This document shows, piece after piece, positions 10,525 through 19,270 of a stretch of 34,161 bases of DNA. Made by a program: the position numbers and the translations under genes. Every line of letters begins with the position of its first letter. Position 1 is the first letter of the stretch. The stretch comes from an uncultured bacterium (lineage in GTDB: Bacteria > Abyssobacteria > SURF-5): NCBI GenBank assembly GCA_964607485.1, contig CAZSKP010000031.1:1-34161 (forward strand). The letters are read 5' to 3'. The notes beneath the pieces were generated by a model. The model was not told where the DNA came from. It saw only the letters and a program-made list of their open reading frames with translations, and made no database searches.

Positions 10525-11607
10525 TTACTTCTTGTAGTATTCGGTCGCCTCGGGATTAAGCCAGCACTTAGGGTCGGAGGCCATAACGTCGCCGGTGTAG
10601 TAGAGCGCGCTCGCCCGGCAGCCGAAGCAGAGATCGTTGTTGGGGCAATCGCCACACATGCCTTTGGGCGTGAAGTTGAAGAACAGCTTATCGCGATGCT
10701 TCTCGACGACGGTTCTCAGACCGCGCTCGAATACGCTTTCGGTGTCCAGATAGTCGCGCATCGCCAGGCACGGATGTGCGCGACCACCGACATCGACGCA
10801 GAAGGTCGTCCTGCAATAGTAGAGTGAGGCTTCGCTGGCGCCGAGACGGAGCCAGTGGTCTCCCATTTTGCTTGCCCGATATTTGATCGCTCGCGCCACG
10901 TCGGACGTCGAGGGTTCCAGGTCAGCCGTTTCCTTGCCGAAGCCCTCTCCCTTAAATACCATCAGGCAAACGAACGTGGTCCCCATTTCATCGTAGAACC
11001 AGTCGAGCGTCTCTTCGATGCGTCGGAGCGAGGGCGCCGTCATTGTGATCAGTCCAAAGGTCTTGTATGCCGGGTATCCGCTGTCGAGCAGCCTCTTGAA
11101 GCCGTCCATGCGAGCCTGCCGCGTGCGAGGGTTCTCGTGAAGTTCGGCATAGGTTTCGGGATGCACGCTGTCGAGATGGACTCCGAGAAACAGGTTTTCC
11201 TGATATTCGTTGAAGAGCTCGATGTGTTTCTTCGAGAACAGGCCGCTTGTGGGCATCTGCATCGAGATTCCGAGATTTGTGGCGAGCTCGAACAGCTCAC
11301 GGATGTGAGGATAGAGCTGTGGGTCGCCGCCCATCCATGTGACGGCCTTTACTCCGAGTTCCTGCGCCTCCCTCAGCATTTGCGTCACACTCTCCAATGG
11401 CATCCTTTCGGTCCGTCCCGACGTGGATGACGCACAGCAGAACCGGCAGGAAGCCGCACACTTCGTCGTCAGCTCGATTTCCATCTGAACCGGTCCGAGC
11501 TTTTCAACCTGCTCGGCGCGCGATGTGTCGCACAATATCTGAAAGACCGGGTCATCGGGCAGCTCGGTCAGCCGCGGCGGAAATTCACAGGCTGAAGCGT
11601 GACTCAT
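10525..11607 (-). CDS. Radical SAM protein with SPASM domain (NirJ/Ahb/PqqE-like architecture)
   Basis: CAASCRFC (CxxxCxxC), 'GGDP', and SPASM Cys array YC...HPC...CGDC.....C..C...DPKCW; TAATG overlap with tetR. Confidence 0.92.
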   Translation of the reverse strand: MSHASACEFPPRLTELPDDPVFQILCDTSRAEQVEKLGPVQMEIELTTKCAASCRFCCASSTSGRTERMPLESVTQMLREAQELGVKAVTWMGGDPQLYPHIRELFELATNLGISMQMPTSGLFSKKHIELFNEYQENLFLGVHLDSVHPETYAELHENPRTRQARMDGFKRLLDSGYPAYKTFGLITMTAPSLRRIEETLDWFYDEMGTTFVCLMVFKGEGFGKETADLEPSTSDVARAIKYRASKMGDHWLRLGASEASLYYCRTTFCVDVGGRAHPCLAMRDYLDTESVFERGLRTVVEKHRDKLFFNFTPKGMCGDCPNNDLCFGCRASALYYTGDVMASDPKCWLNPEATEYYKK

Positions 11608-12269
11608 TATTTGTTCTCCCTCTTTCCTTTTTGGACTTCCTTTTGCTTTGTCCCAATGCTGTCAAGGAAAAAGCGCGTTGCCTGCTCGAGGTTCGCCGAA
11701 AGCGGTGGCTCCAGTCTCTCCGTCTTGTTCAGCATAAAGAGACCGATGATCTGCGCAAAGAAGATATCGCCCATCATGACCGGATCCCATGGCTGAAACT
11801 CACCTTTCTTCACGCCCTCCCGAAACAGACGATGAAAGATCGCATCAAGCTCCTTAGTCTTCCGCTCGAGGCGCTCTGCAAGGTCGCTGTCGAGATATGG
11901 GCTGACTTCGTATCGGGTGATGAAATACAGGTGAAACAGCGCCTGTCGGTTTCGAAAGAAGGTCAGGAGAACATCCTTCAGCCCCTCGATCCTGTCCGCG
12001 GCGCTGCGATCCTCCGAGGCCGCCTTGCGCGCCTCCGATATCAGCGAATCCATCGCGCGGCCGAGTATGGCAACGTATATCGCCTCCTTGCTCGGAAAGT
12101 AGTTGTAGAGCGAGGCCCTGCTAAACTCGGCCGCCTCGCCGATGTCGTTCATCGTGGTGCCGGTAAACCCTTTCTTGAAAAAGAGTTCTTCCGCGGCATC
12201 GAGGATGAGCTCGACTCGCGCCCGTCTCTCTCTCGCTCGTCTCGAGCATTTCGTAGCAGTCGTCATCAT
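11607..12269 (-). CDS. TetR/AcrR family transcriptional regulator
   Basis: HTH 'ILDAAEELFFKKGFTGTTMNDIGEAAEFSRASLYNYFPSKEAI'; start uncertain (12287, 12269 or 12266). Confidence 0.93.
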   Translation of the reverse strand: MMTTATKCSRRARERRARVELILDAAEELFFKKGFTGTTMNDIGEAAEFSRASLYNYFPSKEAIYVAILGRAMDSLISEARKAASEDRSAADRIEGLKDVLLTFFRNRQALFHLYFITRYEVSPYLDSDLAERLERKTKELDAIFHRLFREGVKKGEFQPWDPVMMGDIFFAQIIGLFMLNKTERLEPPLSANLEQATRFFLDSIGTKQKEVQKGKRENK

Positions 12270-12314
12270 CAGTCCAGATTTAGACACTTGTTCGTTTTTA
12301 CGACTTGTAGTCTA

Positions 12315-12343
12315 CTAATATCATGAAACAAAGCCTTTGTCAA
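12315..12343 (-). promoter_or_regulatory. Putative sigma70 promoter of the tetR-rSAM-FeS operon
   Basis: Minus strand TTGACA-17 bp-TATTAG with an extended-10 TG. An imperfect inverted repeat TAGAC...GTCTA (12281-12314) just downstream could be the TetR operator. Confidence 0.5.
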
Positions 12344-12703
12344 GCGATATCGAAGCTTCATTTCTTGAAACCGGCCAAAAGGTCATGTCTATCGGAACAG
12401 CGGAGCACCCTGAGGGAGTTTCTGTATTTGTTGCTTGGCATCCTGAATATGCCAAATTCTCTTCAATCTGGCACACAGGGGGCATTTCCCCGCATTTCGG
12501 TCAATCCCATCTCCGCCAGGCGGTTCCATCGCGTTGGTCAGAGACACTTACCTTTGTTGGGGTGCTCTGCTGTCGCCCGGGAACTGTCTTTCCACGACCA
12601 GGCTAGCGCCCCCTCCTTTTTCGGGATACTATTGACATAGGTGTAACTTGACGAGGGAATGTCCGGGTTGTCCTTGAAATTCATGAAGTGCGACTTGACA
12701 CGC

Positions 12704-13113
12704 GCCGATGGCGAGACGTTCTTCCATGAGGAAAAACGAGACCTTCGGAGTGAAATAGACTACATCGAGCGCGACAGGTCTCTTGGCCTGCGGTGACAGC
12801 ATGACCCCCGCCCCGGACGCTCGCATACCTCGCCTGCTCGCAACGGCCGGACGGCGGATTTCCGCAGAATTTTTGGATTGACGGAACAACCTATTGGAGC
12901 GGTATTCAGCTCGACGAAGTGGCTTTCCCCGTGATGCTCGCCTGGCGTCTTTGGAAAGCCGAAGCGCTCGGGGATTTCGACCCGTATTACATGGTCAGGA
13001 AGGCCGCGGCGTATCTGCTCCGTCAGGGCCCCATGACCCAGCAGGAGCGCTGGGAGGAAAACAGTGGCTATTCACCTTCGACGATTGCGTCAGTGTGCAT
13101 AGGCCATGAATAA
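12704..13113 (+). pseudogene. GH15 glucoamylase / glucan 1,4-alpha-glucosidase relic (internal deletion plus frameshift)
   Basis: 12704-12769 ADGETFFHEEKRDLRSEIDYIE (N-terminal domain-like); 12768-12812 SATGLLACGDSMTPA; extra C near 12813; 12814-13113 RTLAYLACSQRPDGGFPQNFWIDGTTYWSGIQLDEVAFP...QERWEENSGYSPST, then stop. Confidence 0.85.
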
Positions 13114-13182
13114 TATGATTGTTTGGTGACAGTTCAGTTCAGGTCATGCGTTTCGAGGAAAAGACGTCCGGGAGATGTGAGA

Positions 13183-14067
13183 ATGCAGTCGATATATTGG
13201 GTGATAACCCGCAATTGCACGCAGAAATGTGCTCATTGTTACATAAGCTCCGGCCCCGGCGAAGCTTCTCTTTCCGAAAGGGACGCGGAAGATATCATTG
13301 GCAATTTCCCGGAAAGGGTAAGTCAGGTTATTGTCGCGGGCGGCGAGGTGCTGGCGGTCAAACCCTTGCTCTATGGGGCTCTTGACACGCTTTACGCAAA
13401 GTTCGGAGATGAGACACGATACATGATTCAGACGAACGGAGACCTCCTTGATGAGCGCACCGTCGAAGAACTTCTGGAGCATCATGTCAGTCGAATAGAT
13501 GTTTCAAGCATCGACGATTTTCACAATAATCGCAGGACTCGCGAACAACTGGAGAGTGTTCTGAACGGGAAGGGTGTCAAATATCTTGAATTCCCGAGTT
13601 TCGTGGATGAAAACGGCAATATTCCGCCCGCAGCGTACTCTTTCTGGGGGTCAACTCCCGAGTTATGGCTTGGAGGAGTTTGGCCGCGTGGCCGCGCTGT
13701 CGCGAACAACCTTTGGATCAAGAAGCCGTCCCATAATTTCTGTAGCATCTGGTCAGGCGCTCTCGGGTTTCTGGAGAGCGGTGCGCCGCAACAAGAGATA
13801 AACGTTCGATTGAGCCATGCGTTTCCCTGTTGCCCGGCGACAAGGACGCCGCTCGGAGACCTCCGCGAGAAATCGCTCCTCGACATGCTGGAAGAGCATC
13901 GGGATGATCCCGTTTACCAGGCTTTGAACCGAGGCGAGCCGGAGGCCATGGGGATCATGCAGGGAATCTCAGTTGAACACGGAAGGGCGAGAATCGAGGA
14001 GCTCGGCAGTTGCTGTCTCTGGTGTGACGAATTTTTCGAAAGACACTATCTATCCGGACACGCATGA
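13183..14067 (+). CDS. Radical SAM protein of unknown function with a Cys-rich C-terminal (twitch/SPASM-like) domain
   Basis: CTQKCAHC, 'GGEV', 'IQTNG'; C-terminal HNFC...PCC...CCLWC. Start moved to the ATG at 13183 (RBS GGAGA). Confidence 0.88.
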   Translation: MQSIYWVITRNCTQKCAHCYISSGPGEASLSERDAEDIIGNFPERVSQVIVAGGEVLAVKPLLYGALDTLYAKFGDETRYMIQTNGDLLDERTVEELLEHHVSRIDVSSIDDFHNNRRTREQLESVLNGKGVKYLEFPSFVDENGNIPPAAYSFWGSTPELWLGGVWPRGRAVANNLWIKKPSHNFCSIWSGALGFLESGAPQQEINVRLSHAFPCCPATRTPLGDLREKSLLDMLEEHRDDPVYQALNRGEPEAMGIMQGISVEHGRARIEELGSCCLWCDEFFERHYLSGHA

Positions 14068-14184
14068 GATGTGGTCCTATGGAGATTCAAGAAATTGGCG
14101 GATGTCGCGACACAATGAACACTGCTTCCAAGGGAAGAGTTTGCGGACCCGCTCTCCACGCAGGCAGGCAAGAAAGGAAGTCCG

Positions 14185-14865
14185 TTGAAAATCCTTATTG
14201 CGCCATCAATTCTTTCAGCCGATTTTTCCAGACTCGCTGAGGAGGTCGACGCCGTTCAGCGGGCGGGCGCCGACATGCTGCACCTCGATGTAATGGATGG
14301 GCACTTTGTCCCGAACATAACCTTCGGGCCGGCTGTTGTGAGCGCCATAAAGTCCGTCGCTTCAGTGCCGCTTGCCGTTCACCTTATGATTGAAAAGCCG
14401 GAGAATTATGTCAAAGAGTTCGTCGACGCCGGAGCCGGTATCTTAACGTTCCATCTAGAGGCTTACCGTTATCCACACAGACTTGCGCAAGTGATAAGGG
14501 ACCATGGTGTAAAGGCCGGAGTTGCCCTCAACCCCTCCACCCCTGTTGACGAACTCGAATACGTGGTCGAGCATCTCGATATGGTCCTTGTGATGAGTGT
14601 CGATCCCGGGTTTGGGGGGCAGGAGTTTATACCCGGGATGCTGAAAAAGATCTCTCAAACGAGGAAACTGGCGGGGGATGACATGGACATTTTCGTCGAC
14701 GGCGGAGTAAATCGGCACAATGCAGGCGATATTGTGTGCGCAGGAGGAAACGTGCTCGTGGCGGGGTCTTCCGTATTTCGGTCAGCCGACTACAAAGAGG
14801 CCATAGCAGCTCTCCGGACCGAGAACGTATTTTGTAGCGACCGGAAAGGAGGACGATTGGCATGA
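14185..14865 (+). CDS. rpe: Ribulose-phosphate 3-epimerase
   Basis: 'IAPSILSADF', 'HLDVMDGHFVPN', 'MSVDPGFGGQ', 'VDGGVN', 'VAGSSVF'; TTG start. Confidence 0.97.
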   Translation: MKILIAPSILSADFSRLAEEVDAVQRAGADMLHLDVMDGHFVPNITFGPAVVSAIKSVASVPLAVHLMIEKPENYVKEFVDAGAGILTFHLEAYRYPHRLAQVIRDHGVKAGVALNPSTPVDELEYVVEHLDMVLVMSVDPGFGGQEFIPGMLKKISQTRKLAGDDMDIFVDGGVNRHNAGDIVCAGGNVLVAGSSVFRSADYKEAIAALRTENVFCSDRKGGRLA

Positions 14866-17672
14866 ACAGGATCGGCAAACTCAACAAGCTGGGGCAGGCC
14901 ATCTGGTACGACAATATCCGCAGGTCTCTCCTAGACTCCGGTGAGCTTCAGGCGCTCATAGATGAGGGCGTGACCGGTGTAACGTCCAACCCGACGATAT
15001 TTCAGAAGGCGATAGCCGGCAGCGGGGACTATGATGAAGACCTGCAACGTCTCAGCGGCGAGGGCAAGGCTCCGGAGGAAATCTTCTGGAGTCTCGCAGC
15101 CGATGATATGCGGCGCACGGCCGACCTGCTGCGTCCGGTCTACGACCGCACCGAGGGCGCAGACGGGTACGCCTGTCTCGAGGTCAATCCCGCCCTCGCC
15201 CATGAGACCGAAGAGACGGTCAGCGAGGCGAGGCGCCTGTTCGCTCTTCTGGACCGCCCCAACGTCATGATCAAAGTGCCCGCCACGCCCGCCGGCATAC
15301 CGGCCATAGAAAAACTGATCTCGGAGGGAATCAACGTCAACGTCACGTTGATGTTTTCCCTCGAGCAGTACGAGGCGGTCGCCAACGCCTACATAGCCGG
15401 ACTGGAAAAGCTGGCAGCGTCCGGAGGAGACGTGGGCCGGGTCGCGTCGGTGGCCTCGTTCTTCGTGAGCCGCGTCGATACCGCCGTGGATAAGATACTC
15501 GAGGCGGTCGGAGAGACAGACCTCCAGGGCAAGGCGGCCATCGCCAACGCCAAGATGGCCTATGCCCGCTTCAAGGAGATCTTCGGCGGACCCCGGTGGA
15601 AAGCGCTGGCAGCGAGAGGGGCCCGCGTGCAGCGCCCGCTGTGGGCGAGCACGGGCACGAAGAACCCGATGTATTCCGACACCCTTTACGTCGACAGCCT
15701 CGTAGGACGGGACACCGTTAATACCCTCCCGCCTGCCACATTGCAGGCTTTCATCGACCACGGCGCCGCTGCTCCCACGATTGAGGCCGACCTGGATGTG
15801 GCCCGCAAATTCGTGGAGCGCCTGCCCGAGGCGGGTGTCGACCTAGACGCGGTGACGAAAAAGCTGCTGGACGAAGGCGTCGCCGCATTCGCCGGCTCCT
15901 TCGATTCTCTGATTGATTCGATCACGGAGAAGCGCGAGAGATTGCAGACCGGGCGGCGGCAATTCTCGGCCACACTGGATTCATATCAGACGCTGGTCGA
16001 CAGGGCGATGGCGGAGGTCAGGGACAAGCGCATCCTGAGCCGCATCTGGGCGCACGACCACACCGTATGGAAGCCTGAGCCGAAGGAGATCTCGAACCGG
16101 CTGGGATGGCTGAACATGCCGGAAATCATGAAAGAGTGCGCCTACCGGATGCATGCCCTGACCGAGGCCGTTCGCAACGACGACTATACCCACGCAGTGC
16201 TGCTTGGGATGGGTGGCTCTAGTCTGGCGCCGGAGGTCTTCCGCAAGACATTCGGCGTCAAGAATGGGTACGTGGACCTCGCCGTGCTCGACAGCACCGA
16301 CCCCGGCGCCGTCTTGGCTCATGCCGAACGGCTCCACCCGGCGAGGACGCTGCTCATCGTTTCCACCAAGTCCGGCGGCACCGTGGAGACTCTTTCATTC
16401 TTCAAGTTCTTCTACAACTGGGTGGCCGAAGCTCTCGGAGCCGACCAAGCCGGCAGGCATTTCATCGCCGTCACCGACCCCGGCAGCGCCCTCGCCGACC
16501 TGGCCGGGCAATACAAGTTTCGGGCAACGTTCCTCAACGACCCGACTATCGGCGGACGCTATTCGGCCCTCTCCTACTTCGGGCTCGTGCCGGCGGCGCT
16601 CGTCGGCGTGGACATCGAGACGTTGCTCGACCGTGCCATGACCATGGCCTGTAACTGCGAGGGCTGTAACTGTCCCGTGGACGGCGACAACGCCGGCGGC
16701 CGCCTGGGCGTCATCATGGCCGAACTGGCCAAAGCGGGCCGCGACAAAATTACGCTGATCACCTCGCCGGCCCTCGCCAGCTTCGGCGATTGGGTTGAGC
16801 AGCTCATCGCGGAGAGCACGGGCAAGGATGGCAAAGGAATCGTTCCCGTAGTGGGTGAGCCGGTCGGAACTCCCGAGGTTTATGGCCCCGACCGCCTTTT
16901 CGTATACCTTCGGCTGAAAGGCGATGAAGCTCATGATTCGGCCGTGAGAACACTGGAAGAAGCCGGCCACCCCGTCGTCCGGCTTCATCTCGAAGACCTC
17001 TACGATCTTGGGGGACAGTTTTTCCTCTGGGAAATGGCCACCGCCGTGGCGGGCGCGCGCATCGGCATCAATCCGTTTGACCAGCCCAACGTCGAAGCGG
17101 CCAAGAAGCTGGCCCGCAAGATGGTCGACTCGTACAAAAAGGAAGGAGAGCTCCCCGAGCTATCCCCTGCATTCCAATCGGACGGAATGCGCGTGTATGC
17201 CGATTTCGGGGCGAACAGCGTGGGCGAGGCGCTTCAACGATTTCTCTCCCTGGCCCAGCCGGGGGACGATGACGGCGCGGGACGGAGCTATGTCGCCCTT
17301 CAAGCATACATCGAGCCGACGCCGGAAACCGACGAAGCCCTACGGAATCTGCGCGTGAGAATCCGAGATCGATACCGGTTGGCGGTCACGACCGGGTATG
17401 GGCCGCGTTTTCTCCATTCGACCGGACAACTTCACAAGGGAGATGCCGGACGTGGGCTGTTCATACAGTTCGCTGCCGATATGCCCAATGATGCGCCCAT
17501 CCCCGACCGTGCGAATGAGAACACCTCATCAATAAGCTTCGGCGTTCTGAAAGATGCCCAGGCGCTCGGCGATCGCCAGGCATTGCTCGACGCGGGCCGG
17601 AAAGTGATTCGCTTTCACTTGGGCAAAGACGTCGTCGGGTCTCTAAGACGACTGACAGAGGCACTGGGATGA
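14862..17672 (+). CDS. tal: Bifunctional transaldolase / phosphoglucose isomerase fusion
   Basis: Tal domain 'GVTSNPTIF', 'NVMIKVPAT', 'SFFVSRVD', 'LWASTGTKNP'; Pgi/SIS domain 'GMGGSSL', 'SKSG-like STKSGGTVET', 'GGRYSALS', 'QLIAESTGK', 'NPFDQPNVE', 'STGQLHKG'; ATGA overlap with rpe. Confidence 0.96.
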   Translation: MNRIGKLNKLGQAIWYDNIRRSLLDSGELQALIDEGVTGVTSNPTIFQKAIAGSGDYDEDLQRLSGEGKAPEEIFWSLAADDMRRTADLLRPVYDRTEGADGYACLEVNPALAHETEETVSEARRLFALLDRPNVMIKVPATPAGIPAIEKLISEGINVNVTLMFSLEQYEAVANAYIAGLEKLAASGGDVGRVASVASFFVSRVDTAVDKILEAVGETDLQGKAAIANAKMAYARFKEIFGGPRWKALAARGARVQRPLWASTGTKNPMYSDTLYVDSLVGRDTVNTLPPATLQAFIDHGAAAPTIEADLDVARKFVERLPEAGVDLDAVTKKLLDEGVAAFAGSFDSLIDSITEKRERLQTGRRQFSATLDSYQTLVDRAMAEVRDKRILSRIWAHDHTVWKPEPKEISNRLGWLNMPEIMKECAYRMHALTEAVRNDDYTHAVLLGMGGSSLAPEVFRKTFGVKNGYVDLAVLDSTDPGAVLAHAERLHPARTLLIVSTKSGGTVETLSFFKFFYNWVAEALGADQAGRHFIAVTDPGSALADLAGQYKFRATFLNDPTIGGRYSALSYFGLVPAALVGVDIETLLDRAMTMACNCEGCNCPVDGDNAGGRLGVIMAELAKAGRDKITLITSPALASFGDWVEQLIAESTGKDGKGIVPVVGEPVGTPEVYGPDRLFVYLRLKGDEAHDSAVRTLEEAGHPVVRLHLEDLYDLGGQFFLWEMATAVAGARIGINPFDQPNVEAAKKLARKMVDSYKKEGELPELSPAFQSDGMRVYADFGANSVGEALQRFLSLAQPGDDDGAGRSYVALQAYIEPTPETDEALRNLRVRIRDRYRLAVTTGYGPRFLHSTGQLHKGDAGRGLFIQFAADMPNDAPIPDRANENTSSISFGVLKDAQALGDRQALLDAGRKVIRFHLGKDVVGSLRRLTEALG

Positions 17673-18427
17673 TTCGGGCGTTCATTTTTGACCTGGATGG
17701 GACACTTGTAAAGACAGAGCTCTTGAAGGCGCGATCCTACGCCCAAGCCGTTGTTGAGCTGTGTCCCGACCCGCCCACCGAGGAGGAAGTCCTGGAGGCG
17801 TTCAAAAAAGTGGTAGGACTCTCTCGCCGGGAAGTGGCTCAAGGGCTGATCAAAGCTTTTGGCCTTGAGGAGTGTCTGATGGCCAGGACGAGCAGTCTGG
17901 GCGTCTCAACTGCGTGGCAGGCCTTTGTGCAGGTGCGTATGCGGATTTTCAATTCAATGCTTCAAGACCCAATGGTCCTGCGCAGTCATCTCTGGCCGGA
18001 TGATCTCGAGCTGCTGAAATGGGCTCGACAAAACAACTACAAAACCGGTCTGGCTACAAATTCCGCATGCGCTGAGGTTAACCACGTATTGCAGATACTG
18101 GATATCCGCTCAGAATTCCATTTCATCGCGACGTTGGATGACGTCACTCTTGGAAAACCGAATCCGGAGATCTATCATTTGGTGGCGCAGGAACTACGCG
18201 TGTCGCCTGAAGAGTGCCTGGCGATTGAAGATTCCACTCCCGGCATAAAGGCGGCGCTTGGGGCGGGTATGTGGTGCATTGCCATGACTACCCAATTCAC
18301 AAGAGATAGCGTCCACAAGAGCGGCCTGTTGGATGAAAGATGGATTGTTGACGATCCAAGCAGAATAAAATCCGTGGCGCGAGCATTCATCGAAGAGAGA
18401 AAAGCACTGGCAAAGCCGGTGGGATAG
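17669..18427 (+). CDS. HAD-superfamily hydrolase, subfamily IA (beta-phosphoglucomutase / sugar-phosphate phosphatase-like)
   Basis: Motif I 'FDLDGT', motif II 'ATNS', 'KPNPEIY', 'IEDS..GI.AA..AGM'; ATGA overlap with tal-pgi. Confidence 0.9.
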   Translation: MIRAFIFDLDGTLVKTELLKARSYAQAVVELCPDPPTEEEVLEAFKKVVGLSRREVAQGLIKAFGLEECLMARTSSLGVSTAWQAFVQVRMRIFNSMLQDPMVLRSHLWPDDLELLKWARQNNYKTGLATNSACAEVNHVLQILDIRSEFHFIATLDDVTLGKPNPEIYHLVAQELRVSPEECLAIEDSTPGIKAALGAGMWCIAMTTQFTRDSVHKSGLLDERWIVDDPSRIKSVARAFIEERKALAKPVG

Positions 18428-18483
18428 TGTCGTCCACGTGTCTCGGCCACGGCGGATTCTCGAATGAATGGGCAATCTGAGTG

Positions 18484-19185
18484 ATGGATACAAGAGACGG
18501 ATTGAAGCGTGAAGCTGCGCATCAGGCGGCGAGATGCGTAGAGTCCGGAATGGTCCTAGGGCTTGGAAGCGGCAGCACGGCGGCGTTTGTCTTGGAGCGT
18601 ATCGCCGAGCTACTGGAGAGCGGAAATTTGAAGAATATCGTCGGCATTCCCAGTTCCAGCCAGACCGAACAACTGGCGCGCTCTCTTGGAGTACAACTCG
18701 CTTCCCTCGATGACCACTCCACGATTGACCTGACCATAGACGGCGCGGATGAAGTGGACCCCGACCTGAACCTGATAAAAGGACACGGAGGCGCGCTCCT
18801 CCGCGAAAAGATGCTGGCTCAGGCCAGCCGGCGTGAAATAATCGTCGTTGACGATTCCAAGCTTTCCCCCGCATTAGGCACAAAAAGTCGGCTTCCGGTC
18901 GAGGTAATTCCCTTCGGCTGGCGCTCGCAAATAGGATATCTGGAATCGTTGGGGGCGCGCGTAACCGTTCGCAAGACTGCAAGCGGAGACCTCTACAGAA
19001 CCGACCAGGAAAACCTGATACTCGACTGCGATTTCGGCCGCATCCCGGAGCCCGTCCGGTTGGCGGACAGAATGAAACAGCGCGCGGGCATCGTTGAACA
19101 TGGCTTGTTTATCGACTGCGCGTCGGAAGTGATCGTGGCCGGGAAACGCGGAATCCGCCACCTGACGAGGCAACAGATGAGCTGA
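18484..19185 (+). CDS. rpiA: Ribose-5-phosphate isomerase A
   Basis: 'GLGSGST', 'DGADEVD', 'KGHGGALLREK', 'LPVEV', 'GIVEHGLF'; start 18481 (GTG) or 18484 (ATG). Confidence 0.97.
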   Translation: MDTRDGLKREAAHQAARCVESGMVLGLGSGSTAAFVLERIAELLESGNLKNIVGIPSSSQTEQLARSLGVQLASLDDHSTIDLTIDGADEVDPDLNLIKGHGGALLREKMLAQASRREIIVVDDSKLSPALGTKSRLPVEVIPFGWRSQIGYLESLGARVTVRKTASGDLYRTDQENLILDCDFGRIPEPVRLADRMKQRAGIVEHGLFIDCASEVIVAGKRGIRHLTRQQMS

Positions 19186-19270
19186 CATTTTGCCTGAATA
19201 GACGGGCCGACGTTCAATTTGTCACGAGACTTATTGGGAGCGAAAGCCAATCACTGGGGATAAAGAGACA

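Noticed and set aside
9443-12326. Long plus-strand ORFs 9443-10537, 10855-11430 and 11397-12326
   Set aside because: Antisense to well-supported Fe-S, rSAM and TetR genes; expected in GC-rich coding DNA.
14365-14390. Rpe 'AVHLM' instead of the usual 'DVHLM'
   Set aside because: Single substitution outside the metal-binding and catalytic His/Asp set, which is intact; no case for altered function.
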